A stretch of DNA of 57,256 nucleotides from an uncultured Candidatus Bathyarchaeia archaeon. Lineage in GTDB: Archaea; Thermoproteota; Bathyarchaeia; 40CM-2-53-6; RBG-13-38-9. A program made the translations under genes and the position numbers. Below the pieces are notes generated by a model that was not told the DNA's origin, ran no database searches, and saw nothing but the letters and a program-made list of their open reading frames with translations. Within the stretch, counting starts at the first letter, position 1; each line of letters opens with the position of its first letter. The stretch lies in contig CAZRDQ010000001.1 in the NCBI GenBank assembly GCA_964598945.1, positions 1 through 57,256 of the forward strand, read 5' to 3'. Shown here piece after piece: positions 17,234-26,172 of this stretch.

Positions 17234-19280
17234 GCCCCGTTCGATTCCGTATTCGAGGTGTGGATGGTCGATGCACAAGCCGAACAGGATCCCTTTCAGC
17301 CTAGCGGGAGTATCCTTTCTGATAGTCACGATTTTTCTTCTATCACTTCCCGTCAACACACTGGGTCAAGACCCTTCACGTGATTATGGTACTGCCGTGC
17401 AAAATCCGCTTCAGCGGACTCTTGACGCATACGGAAAAGGACCATTTTGTGCGGGCTGTCACAACATACCATATCCTCTCCCTCCTGAGAATCCGCTTTC
17501 TCCATCAATGTATCCAGTTGGAGATACCAAGGCGGAAGTTGGACTTAAACGGCTCACAAGTAGTCAAGGTAGAGATGTCGGAGCGGTCTATAGCCCCAAG
17601 GAGAATAAGATCGTCTGGGTCACAGACCGTCTCGGGAACTGGACCGTCTGGGTCATGAATGATGATGGAACCAGCAAGAAGCAGTTAACTCCAAGTAACG
17701 TTATCAGCGGTTGGCCTTCGTGGAGCCCGGATGGCCAGGAGATAGCCTACTGGTCGTACAACCTAACATCCAAGACCTGTGACATCTGGAAGACCAGGAT
17801 CGACGGCAGCTCCAGAGCCCGGCTCACAGCTGATGGCAGCTTCAAGGGGCCGCCCATGTGGAGTCCAAGAGGCGACAGAGTAGCCTACACAGCAAACCAG
17901 ACAGGAAACATGGAAGTATACATCATAAACACTGATGGAACCGGAGAGAGACAGATTACTGCAGGACACAGTCCTAGCTACTCTGTTGAGACCCGCCCAA
18001 CATGGAATCCCAACGGAGTGATTTTGTACTATCAAGCGTTGACCTTTCCACTTCCACCGCTCACAGTCCCAACCATCACAGGAGACGTAGCATACGTAGA
18101 GATATTCTCGCTCAACGTGGATACTGGCCTGGAACTTAACCTCACGCCGAAACTGCATGAGAATGTTCGCAGCGTCAGCTCAGACGGCAAGATAGCCTAC
18201 ATCTCACTGCGCTCACCAAACTACGGCCTATGGATCATGAATGAGGATGGAACAGGCCAGACAAGACTAACCTGGAACAACAAAGGCGACAGAGCACCCC
18301 GCATCACCCCAGACGGAAAAAGAATAGTCTACTGGTCGCTGGCATCAGGCAACCCTGACATATGGATGATCAACGCTGACGGAACCAACAACACCCAGCT
18401 GACAAGCAGCCCCTACATGGATGTTTACCCATCCTGGAGCCCTGACGGAAGGAAGGTAGCCTTCGAGTCAGACAGAGCAGGCAGCTTCGACATCTGGGCC
18501 CTCTCACTAGACCAACCACTGAATGTTAATGTGGAATTCGAAACCTGCGCAACGAAGGGTGAGACCGCAAAGGCGCTCTTAACAGTTAGCCCCGGCGATG
18601 GTCATGGCGTAATCCGGCTTGAGAGCATTGGACTGAGATTCGACTGGGACGAAGTAGGCAATTATGTTAATCCTTCTGGTCCGCTTCCCTCCACTGTCTC
18701 AAGTCCAAACAATACATTCCGAATACCAATTGAATTCAAGGTCCCAGCCAATGCCACATCTGGATACCACTTCTATGACATCAAGATTCAATACTCAACG
18801 ACCAGCACCAGCGACTCTGATTCGAGAATGACGTATGAACACAGCGCTGGAGATTTGGAGGTTGACGTTCCTGAGCACGCCCAATGCGATCTGCTCTTCA
18901 TCGAACTCGGCGGGAAACTGGACGAACTGCACAGAAAAGCTTTGGATGAATCTGCTGAGCTGGGTCTGACAACCTCTGAGGTAGCTGTTCCTTTGAAGGG
19001 CTACTTCGACTATTTGCTGAAGCCTGAGGCTAAGCCGTTCCTCGAGTCAAACAGGGAATTCTATGAGGCAACGCGCCTTTATCTGGCTGGCGACTACTCC
19101 TCAGCGCTTGTCCGTTTTCAAAACGTAAAGGCCCAAGTTAGCAGACAGCCAATGGACAAAGTGGGGGGACAAACCTTATTCGGCACGCAAACACTGCTTG
19201 CGCTTTTGCCTGTGATCTTGATTGCTGCGCTCCTCGTACTTCACACGAGGCGCAGAAATAGACAGGTCAAGAAGAGTTGA
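17232..19280 (+). CDS. Surface-anchored TolB-like WD40/PD40 beta-propeller protein with an N-terminal CXXCH motif and C-terminal TM anchor
   Basis: Signal/TM segment FSLAGVSFLIVTIFLLSLPVNTLG. CAGCH lies at residues 73-77. PD40 repeats recur (WSPDGQEIAY, WSPRGDRVAY, ITPDGKRIVYWS, WSPDGRKVAFESDR). The C-terminus is LLALLPVILIAALLVLHTRRRNR. Confidence 0.75.
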   Translation: MPRSIPYSRCGWSMHKPNRIPFSLAGVSFLIVTIFLLSLPVNTLGQDPSRDYGTAVQNPLQRTLDAYGKGPFCAGCHNIPYPLPPENPLSPSMYPVGDTKAEVGLKRLTSSQGRDVGAVYSPKENKIVWVTDRLGNWTVWVMNDDGTSKKQLTPSNVISGWPSWSPDGQEIAYWSYNLTSKTCDIWKTRIDGSSRARLTADGSFKGPPMWSPRGDRVAYTANQTGNMEVYIINTDGTGERQITAGHSPSYSVETRPTWNPNGVILYYQALTFPLPPLTVPTITGDVAYVEIFSLNVDTGLELNLTPKLHENVRSVSSDGKIAYISLRSPNYGLWIMNEDGTGQTRLTWNNKGDRAPRITPDGKRIVYWSLASGNPDIWMINADGTNNTQLTSSPYMDVYPSWSPDGRKVAFESDRAGSFDIWALSLDQPLNVNVEFETCATKGETAKALLTVSPGDGHGVIRLESIGLRFDWDEVGNYVNPSGPLPSTVSSPNNTFRIPIEFKVPANATSGYHFYDIKIQYSTTSTSDSDSRMTYEHSAGDLEVDVPEHAQCDLLFIELGGKLDELHRKALDESAELGLTTSEVAVPLKGYFDYLLKPEAKPFLESNREFYEATRLYLAGDYSSALVRFQNVKAQVSRQPMDKVGGQTLFGTQTLLALLPVILIAALLVLHTRRRNRQVKKS

Positions 19281-19448
19281 GATATGCGGGCGCCCACAAT
19301 CTAGTATCTGCGGCCACGAGCTGTTCATTCATGATAGTGATGGCTCTCATTGGTGAGCCTTTTGAGGCTGAGTTTTCTCTTGTAGGCACCAGCAGGATAT
19401 GTTGACGTAATCTTGTCGTTCAGAGCCATTGTAGATAATGAAGAGGCC

Positions 19449-19879
19449 ATGAGGGCCGTCTCAGCAGGTCTGGTTCTGCTGGGCATATTCGGTCTGGCAG
19501 CATACTATGCGATAGTGAGCTCTGCGCCAAGCATTGAAGCTACCAAGCTCACGATATTGGGCCCATCTGAGTTTTCCCTCGTGACGGAGTAGAACTGACC
19601 ATCAAAGCTGTAGATGAGGAGGGGACAGTGGATTCGAATAGAAGTGACCTTATCAGAATTTCCGTCGACCCACGTACCCACGCCCAACTTGGAGTTTCCA
19701 CTGCGTCAGGAATCATATGGTCAAGTTCACTAACCTTGAACCTTGAAGGCGGATTGTGCAAAGTCAAATTCCTAGACAGAGAATCTGAGAAGGTGCTCGT
19801 ATCGGTTGAATGGCTGGAAGGAAAGTCGCCACTGATGTCTGATGCAATCGAGATCTCATGTGGATGGCCAGGTTTCTAG
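19449..19879 (+). pseudogene. Frameshifted member (A) of a local family of small membrane-anchored Ig-like-domain proteins
   Basis: ATG 19449 encodes MRAVSAGLVLLGIFGLAAYYAIVSSAPSIEATKLTILGPSEFSLVTE and then stops at 19590-92. The -1 frame continues DGVELTIKAVDEEGTVDSNRSDLIRISVDP... (track ORF 19628..19879), colinear with paralog B. Confidence 0.5.
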
Positions 19880-20331
19880 ATTTGCCAAAACGAATAGACC
19901 GTGTGGAACTGGCCAAGATAATAGTTGCGGCAGGGATTCTATCATCGATCGTCGCCTTTAGCATATTTCAGATCCAAATAGAGAATCCGCCGAAGATAGA
20001 GAAGTTGGTGGTCGTAGCTCTATCTCGACCTTATGTCAATGAGGAAGCTGTTCTCAGAGTTGCAGTTGTGAATGAGGAGGGTACAATCTTGGAGAACAGA
20101 GATGACCTCATCGAGGTCTCCATCTTGACTAAAGGGATCTCGTTAATCGGTGTAGAGGGCAATGCCAATACATCGTGGGTTAAGAAGCTCCAGATCAGAC
20201 TCAGAAATGGTGCGGCGCACATACTGTTCAGGAGCCTAGATGAGGAACCGATCATAATCATCGCAAGACAGATAGAAGGTGCTACACCACTCGATGAGAC
20301 CAGAGTCACATTCATCGCTCATTCAGGATGA
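19858..20331 (+). CDS. Small membrane-anchored Ig-like-domain protein (paralog B)
   Basis: 157 aa with TM helix IIVAAGILSSIVAFSIF followed by LRVAVVNEEGTILENRDDLIEVSI...LQIRLRNGAAHILFRS, a Big-like beta-sandwich pattern. Confidence 0.5.
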   Translation: MWMARFLDLPKRIDRVELAKIIVAAGILSSIVAFSIFQIQIENPPKIEKLVVVALSRPYVNEEAVLRVAVVNEEGTILENRDDLIEVSILTKGISLIGVEGNANTSWVKKLQIRLRNGAAHILFRSLDEEPIIIIARQIEGATPLDETRVTFIAHSG

Positions 20332-20565
20332 TTCAGTCTGCTCGAGTCTGTATGCGATACACTAATGAACCAAGATCATGATCGAGGCTTAAGATCCGGT
20401 GAGACAACGTTCTCGATCTACAGAACACGGATCTAGAATCTTCGTCAGAGGACTCTGGGAGGACACGAGAGCAGTTTAGAGGGTAACAGAAACCCTGCTT
20501 GAGGACAAGACACGTGAGAACGGAAGATAGAAGAGATGGCGACCCACTCGCTGCTCATGCTGCTC

Positions 20566-20955
20566 CTAGTGAGAACAGATCAAATAGGTTAGCTGCACAC
20601 CTTGAAGCGGCGTTTTTCCACTTATCCATCTGGCCTTGATGATCGGTACCTCAGGCAACTCGCCTGATACAATATTGGTCTTTGCCTCACCATTTACCAA
20701 GGTGAGCTGCTTTACCTTTGACGTGTCACTGAAGCGAAGACGGCACTCTGGGTTTATCGAGAGTTCAACCACATCATCTCTATCGGGGTCTGTCTTCCCC
20801 TCATCAGTTATAGCGGCGACCGTTATCGTTTTTTCAGTTGACTTCTCTATTCGCGGCAAGAGAATTACAAGTCTCGTGGCCTTTGGTTTGTTCGTTTCTT
20901 CCGTCTTTGCCGAAGATGTACTCATTGAGCGGATCCTTCCAAAGCTTTCCTTCAT
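20566..20955 (-). CDS. Ig-like-domain protein (paralog C) with no recognisable anchor; possibly decayed
   Basis: ITVAAITDEGKTDPDRDDVVELSI...LTLVNGEAKTNIVS is colinear with paralogs A and B. It is overlapped upstream by another ORF (20834..21166) that has a strong AGGAGGTGA-ATG. Confidence 0.35.
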   Translation of the reverse strand: MKESFGRIRSMSTSSAKTEETNKPKATRLVILLPRIEKSTEKTITVAAITDEGKTDPDRDDVVELSINPECRLRFSDTSKVKQLTLVNGEAKTNIVSGELPEVPIIKARWISGKTPLQGVQLTYLICSH

Positions 20956-21172
20956 CTGTGTCAGTTCCCAAATTTAAGGGTTCGGTTCTAGTGGTTAGGT
21001 ACCTCAGACATTTGGAATGAATAATGAGACAGTTCTTCATCATTGCGATATCGAAGACTTGAACGTTTGTGTGCCGCGCATTACATCTGGATCGGGTGGT
21101 GCAGTCTGCGTCTGACAACCCCAATCCACTTCCTCTGGGCCCAGACATCACCTCCTGAATCTGCAAAAGGCA

Positions 21173-21460
21173 GTGAGACTAAATATCACCTCAAATGTTC
21201 CTCGGAGAGCCAAGAAGGCGATCGTCACCCCAATCAGGATATGGGAAGTCGGTGAGGAGGGACGAGTAGACAAGAACAGAAACGATGCCGTCGATTTAGC
21301 CATGACGAAATCGCCTATTCTTAGCCTTAGCGAGACGAGGCTAACCCTACACACCGAGGAAGGCGCAGTCGCGGCATACTCCACCGAGGAGAAAAGAACT
21401 CTCCAGTCACAGTTGATTGACTCAGCGGCGAGTCCTACTCTAAAACCGAAAGCCTTCTGA
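21173..21460 (+). CDS. Ig-like-domain fragment (paralog D) with no anchor
   Basis: IRIWEVGEEGRVDKNRNDAVDLAM...LTLHTEEGAVAAYS shows the same pattern. GTG start. Confidence 0.3.
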   Translation: MRLNITSNVPRRAKKAIVTPIRIWEVGEEGRVDKNRNDAVDLAMTKSPILSLSETRLTLHTEEGAVAAYSTEEKRTLQSQLIDSAASPTLKPKAF

Positions 21461-21583
21461 TCGCTATCCAGCGCTGACAGCCGACAAACAAGTCACGGCG
21501 CATGCTGGACTTTCCGATAATGGGATAGACTGTTCAGTACGCGTTGAATTCTCCGAAAAAAGGAAAAAGGGAAAGGGAGTCGC

Positions 21584-22462
21584 TCAGACTCCTGCTTGCT
21601 TAAGCAGGCTTCTGACGACTGACAGCTTGTATTTGTTCTGGCTGAGGGGTGTTGCTTTGTCCAAAGCGGCCTTAATCTCGTCAGGCGTGCCGCTTGGGAT
21701 AATTGGGGCCACGCCGCCGAGTGCCACGGTTGTGCCCTTGCTGGTGGTTGCTGCTGCTACGCTGGCTGTTGCAAAGTCTATTGCGGCTCTTGTTCTGCTT
21801 TTGACGAAGACTCCTTTGCTGGGTGTCTCTGGGACGACGATGTCGGTGATTATCTCGTCTGGCTTCAGTACGTTTCCCAAGACTATGTAGAATTCCTTTA
21901 TGGGGACGGTTCTTGATCCTCCGCTGCCTTGGATCATCAGGTTTGCTCCCAAGGCTGTCAATGCTACTGATACGTCGCCAGGCACAACTGCGTTGCAGAC
22001 CTTCTGTTCCATTATGGCGTGGAACTGGTTGCGTCCTGCTGTAGCGAAGCAGACAGGGCCTCCTTTTCTGTAGCAGTACCAGTCTGGCCAGCGGTAGTAC
22101 CAGCACCAGACGTTCTGGCATATGTTGCCGCCGACTGTTGCTTGGGTTCTGAGGTTGGGCGCTGGGCCCTTCTTTGCCGCGTCGGCCAGCATCGGGATGG
22201 GTGACCCGTCAACGAGCTCTGCCAGTGTGACTAGAGATCCTATGTGGACGCCGTCGCTCTGCTTCTCCATCTTGTTCAGGCCAGGGATCTTCTTGAGGTT
22301 CACCAGCACTTGTGGCGTGGGCATGTATCTTTTCTTCATCCAGTCGATTACGTCGACTCCGCCTGCGTAGGCCTTTGCTTTTCCTGCGTACTGGTTGAGT
22401 ACTGAGATTGCGTCTTGGACTGAGGCTGCCTCGTAATACTTGAATGCACCTAGTGCTTTCAT
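21584..22462 (-). CDS. FAD-binding subunit of a xanthine-oxidase-family molybdoenzyme (CoxM/PaoB-like) with a Cys-rich insert
   Basis: AYAGGVDVIDWMK and ATVGGNICQ are family blocks. A roughly 45-aa insert, NVWCWYYRWPDWYCYRKGGPVCFATAG...KVCN, lies where 4-HBCR HcrB and E. coli PaoB bind a [4Fe-4S] cluster. Confidence 0.8.
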   Translation of the reverse strand: MKALGAFKYYEAASVQDAISVLNQYAGKAKAYAGGVDVIDWMKKRYMPTPQVLVNLKKIPGLNKMEKQSDGVHIGSLVTLAELVDGSPIPMLADAAKKGPAPNLRTQATVGGNICQNVWCWYYRWPDWYCYRKGGPVCFATAGRNQFHAIMEQKVCNAVVPGDVSVALTALGANLMIQGSGGSRTVPIKEFYIVLGNVLKPDEIITDIVVPETPSKGVFVKSRTRAAIDFATASVAAATTSKGTTVALGGVAPIIPSGTPDEIKAALDKATPLSQNKYKLSVVRSLLKQAGV

Positions 22463-22478
22463 CTCTTGTTCTCCTCCT

Positions 22479-24908
22479 TTACGCCTTCCCCAGAGCTTTC
22501 AGGATCTTCTCCTGTGTAGCCGCTGGAGACGTGGTGATCCATACGCCGAGAGCATCATGGATTGCGTCGACCAGACATGGGACAGAAGCGCAGACAACGC
22601 CTTCACCGATTCCTTTTGCTCCGAATGGTCCGTCGATCCGTGGGTTCTCTCCGAAGTACTCTCCCCACACGGGCACTATTGCACAGTGGACGTCATCGAT
22701 CTTGGGATAGTCAAGTATTGTTGGCTGTTTCCAGTCGAGACAGGTTCTGCTGAGGTAGGCTCCATTGTTGTCTATGTATGGTTCTTCGTACATGCCGTTG
22801 GCCATTCCGTGGTAGAGCCCTCCGCCGATTATCTGACCTTCACAGGTTGTTGGGTTTACTGGAATAACATCGTTTCCGGCAACGAATTTGGTTACTCTGA
22901 GCTCGCCTGTCTCCTTGTTTATCATCACCTCGCATGCGTTGGCCATGAAGTTCATGTGCATTACCAGTCGGAAGTATGGTCCTAATGCTTGGCCTGTGCC
23001 GTAGTCGTTCTTTCCTGGTCCGTCATAGTCGTTCGGTGCGCCAACAGGGTCGTTGAGTCCTCCAGATACGATCATGTGTGCTTGCGGTGCCATTACGCTT
23101 CCCCATGCGACTGCTTTGTCAGGCTGACCTTTGACCATGACCTTTCCGTCTTTGGTCTCAAGATCCTCTGGTTTGGCGCCTAACATTGGTGCGGCTAGTG
23201 CGAATAGCTCCTTCTTGGCCTTCTTGCAGCAGGTCACTGCGGCTCCTCCAAAGTCAGTTGTCGCTGAGCTTGAGAATGAGTCTGAGGTCCACGGCACGTA
23301 GGATGTGTTGACCTCAACCTTCCTCACGTTCTCAATTGGTATGTTCAGTCCCTCGGCGACGAACTGCCTAGATACTGTATTCATGCCTTGTCCGATGTCC
23401 ATAGAGTCGGCTATGATGTCCACCAGTCCGTTTGCTCGTAGCTTGAGGAATAGCAGGTTATGTACCATGTCTCCTTGCGAGTACTTGTTTGCTCCCGAGA
23501 ATCCTCTTCCCACAACCCAAGGTTCTGAGACTGCGGGTTTTGGTCCCCATGAATCAAGTATCTCTTTTGTCTTCTTGTAGACGCCCTCAGTGCCAACGCT
23601 GCGTACGATCTCATTCTGCGCAGTGCGATCGCCATCTTTGGTCAGGTTCTTCAGTCTGAGCTCGACCTTGTCCATGCCCAGCTTGTCAGCCAGCATGTTG
23701 ATCGCGGTCTCGTGTGGGAATTGGGACTCTAGCACGCCGAATCCTCTGTAGGACATTGTGCTGGTGAGGTTGGTGTATGTGTCGTATGCTGTGAACATCA
23801 CGTTAGGTTTACCGTACAGTTCTGGATGTCCCCAGTGGTATGTGCAGGTTATGGCTTCTCGCGCTCTTTCCATCACGGTCATTGTGAATCTTACGTATGG
23901 AGTGCCGACCCAGAATGTTACTTCGAGCGCAGTGAATCTGCCGTCTTTCTTGGCTCCAACCTTGATCTTGCTGTGGCACCATGGTCGTGTTGCATGCAAT
24001 AGTCGGGTATCGTCGAATACTACTTGGACCGGTCTTCCTGTGGCTTTTGCGAGTACTGCTGCGTAGACGCCGGGAACTCCACAGTTCTTGCCGCCGAATC
24101 CACCTGTGCAGACCTGAGGACCTATGAAGTTCAGCTTGTCCAAGGGTATGTCTGCAGCCCCAGCGGCTGTTGGCCACGGGACTGGGTGTATGTTCTGGAC
24201 GTCTCCCCAAACAGTCATTGTCCCGTCACCGTGAGGTTGAGCTACCGCGCTGGTGGGGGTGACGTATCCGTGCGGGTCAGAGTGTGTATCGAATTCTGAT
24301 TCGACTATTACATCAGCATCTGCGAAGCCCTTCTGTACATCTCCGCTTTTGACGTAGAAGCAGTTGATGACGTTCGGTCTGTCGGCCTCGAATGGGGGGG
24401 TGATCAGTCGTGGTGTATGGACAATTACTGGCGGGCTCTTGTCAGCGGCCTGAACTACGTTCAGGATTGGGTCCTGTGCTTCGTATTTTACGTCGATCGC
24501 GTCTACTGCATCCTCTGCTTCCTCTATGGACTCTGCGACAACTATTGCCACCATCTGCTGGTTGTATACAACATCAGTGTCAGCTACTAGCGGCTCGTCG
24601 CCCAGATTCAGCTTTCCTGCAACCTCGGGGGATTTCCCAGTCAGGACCTTCACAACCCCGGGCATATTCTCTGCTTTGCTGGTGTCTATACTGATTACCT
24701 TGGCTCGGCTGTAGGGGTTTCTCTTGAACTTAGCATAAAGCATCCCCGGTGGATGATTGTTCAATGTATACTTGACGTTTCCAGTTACTATGGCTCGTCC
24801 GTTCTGGTCTGGAACGCGTTGACCAAAGTAGCGGAGACCTGCGTAGCCTTGAGCGGCCATCTTCTCCTTGAACGGTTCAAGACTTCCAACAAATCTTATT
24901 CCCATCAA
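22479..24908 (-). CDS. Molybdopterin-binding large subunit of a xanthine-oxidase-family oxidoreductase (aldehyde oxidoreductase-like)
   Basis: 809 aa. It has MSYRGFGVLESQFPHETAINMLADKLGMD, GGFGGK and GAKGIGEG blocks. It lacks the CODH VAYRCSFR loop. Confidence 0.85.
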   Translation of the reverse strand: MMGIRFVGSLEPFKEKMAAQGYAGLRYFGQRVPDQNGRAIVTGNVKYTLNNHPPGMLYAKFKRNPYSRAKVISIDTSKAENMPGVVKVLTGKSPEVAGKLNLGDEPLVADTDVVYNQQMVAIVVAESIEEAEDAVDAIDVKYEAQDPILNVVQAADKSPPVIVHTPRLITPPFEADRPNVINCFYVKSGDVQKGFADADVIVESEFDTHSDPHGYVTPTSAVAQPHGDGTMTVWGDVQNIHPVPWPTAAGAADIPLDKLNFIGPQVCTGGFGGKNCGVPGVYAAVLAKATGRPVQVVFDDTRLLHATRPWCHSKIKVGAKKDGRFTALEVTFWVGTPYVRFTMTVMERAREAITCTYHWGHPELYGKPNVMFTAYDTYTNLTSTMSYRGFGVLESQFPHETAINMLADKLGMDKVELRLKNLTKDGDRTAQNEIVRSVGTEGVYKKTKEILDSWGPKPAVSEPWVVGRGFSGANKYSQGDMVHNLLFLKLRANGLVDIIADSMDIGQGMNTVSRQFVAEGLNIPIENVRKVEVNTSYVPWTSDSFSSSATTDFGGAAVTCCKKAKKELFALAAPMLGAKPEDLETKDGKVMVKGQPDKAVAWGSVMAPQAHMIVSGGLNDPVGAPNDYDGPGKNDYGTGQALGPYFRLVMHMNFMANACEVMINKETGELRVTKFVAGNDVIPVNPTTCEGQIIGGGLYHGMANGMYEEPYIDNNGAYLSRTCLDWKQPTILDYPKIDDVHCAIVPVWGEYFGENPRIDGPFGAKGIGEGVVCASVPCLVDAIHDALGVWITTSPAATQEKILKALGKA

Positions 24909-24923
24909 AATTCACCTCTCCAC

Positions 24924-25535
24924 TTATGCCTCCAGTATCGCTTTGGTAATCACATCATAGCTACCGCAGCGGCATAGGTTTCCTGAGATCGCTTCCCTAA
25001 CCTCGTCCTCTGTCGGTTTGGACTTCTTGTCCAGCAAGGCCTTGGCCGTCAGTATGAAGCCTGGAGTACAAGTTCCGCACTGGAAAGCTGAGTTCTTCAT
25101 GAAAGACTCCTGTATTCGGTCCAACCTGTCTCCTTTAGCCAGTCCTTCGATTGTTGTAACGTTCCAGCCGTCAGTCTCGATGGCGAATATCTCGCAAGCA
25201 AGCATAGGCTTTCCTCCGACTAGTACTGTGCAGGCTCCACATTCCCCATAGTAGCAGCCCTCCATGGTTCCTACAAGCCCGATCTTGTCACGTAGCAGTT
25301 CCAGAAGCGTCCAGCGAGCACTAACCCACTGAGCATATGCTTTACCGTTTATTGTGAGGGAAATTGTTTTTCCTGCGACAGGCTCAACGGCCGGCTTCTC
25401 TGGTGCCTTTGGCCCCATTGTTAGCTGTGTTGCGCCGTATGTTGCGGCAGCGCCGACAACGAGCCCCGCAACAGTTCCCGTAATGAAGTTCCTTCGGGAA
25501 ACTCCGGGTTTCGCTTCCTTCTTCTCTTCACTCAT
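24924..25535 (-). CDS. [2Fe-2S] small subunit (CoxS/PaoA-like) with an N-terminal twin-arginine signal
   Basis: The Tat signal is SRRNFITGTVAGLVVGAAATYGA. Then come the plant-type and second 2Fe-2S motifs (GCYYGECGACTV, QCGTCTPG, CRCGSY). Confidence 0.85.
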   Translation of the reverse strand: MSEEKKEAKPGVSRRNFITGTVAGLVVGAAATYGATQLTMGPKAPEKPAVEPVAGKTISLTINGKAYAQWVSARWTLLELLRDKIGLVGTMEGCYYGECGACTVLVGGKPMLACEIFAIETDGWNVTTIEGLAKGDRLDRIQESFMKNSAFQCGTCTPGFILTAKALLDKKSKPTEDEVREAISGNLCRCGSYDVITKAILEA

Positions 25536-25784
25536 TTTCTTTTTATTCTCCTTTGTTTACCTTTTCAGGCAGCTAGCAATACCGGAGTACCCGATATAAC
25601 GCTTACCATAGAGGGAGCAAGGATAAGTAGATCGAGAAGCGCACCTATTGCTGCCTCTGCTTACGGAGTCTAACCAAGTAATTGAGAGCACTTACCAAAA
25701 AACAGAGTGATTCTGGAAAACAACGGTAGTACTACTACAATGCTTTCAGACCGAAAGAGTTCATAAGGCACATACACCCAACGG

Positions 25785-25991
25785 ATGACGATCGAATTGT
25801 CTGAAAGCGAAGCATCTGAAGGAAGATTCGGAATGGTCAAGTGCAAGAAATGCGGAACAACGTTCGAGATAACGCCACCTGATGACGTACACACTCTAGC
25901 AGCCTGGTCTGAAGAAGCTTTCAAAGAAAACGTTAAGGTCGAGCACAAGTGCCCCGCCTGCGAGAGCAGTACAACGGTGTTTTGGGGGTAG
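25785..25991 (+). CDS. Small zinc-ribbon protein (hypothetical)
   Basis: 68 aa with CKKCG...CPAC knuckles. No other homology recognised. Confidence 0.35.
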   Translation: MTIELSESEASEGRFGMVKCKKCGTTFEITPPDDVHTLAAWSEEAFKENVKVEHKCPACESSTTVFWG

Positions 25992-26172
25992 AATGGTTTG
26001 CCCCTTCACATGCTTGCCGGACTTGAACCGTAGACTGGTGCGAGCCAGCGAAGCATCATCAGCTCTCAGCCACGATCATCATCAACAGTGAGTCTCTCAG
26101 ACATTCACCGCCTGCGGTGACTATCCGCAAAAGTCTTGATTAGAGGGTGCCTGAAGATATGTCTGGTTCGAC

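Noticed and set aside
22440-24299. Numerous 60-180-aa plus-strand ORFs in the track (for example 22440..22985, 23305..23580, 23758..24066, 24024..24299), with similar cases inside top6A, metG, the acyl-CoA synthetase gene and others.
   Set aside because: Each lies entirely inside a long, homology-supported CDS on the opposite strand or in another frame. They have low-complexity or odd composition and no recognisable motifs. They are shadow ORFs.
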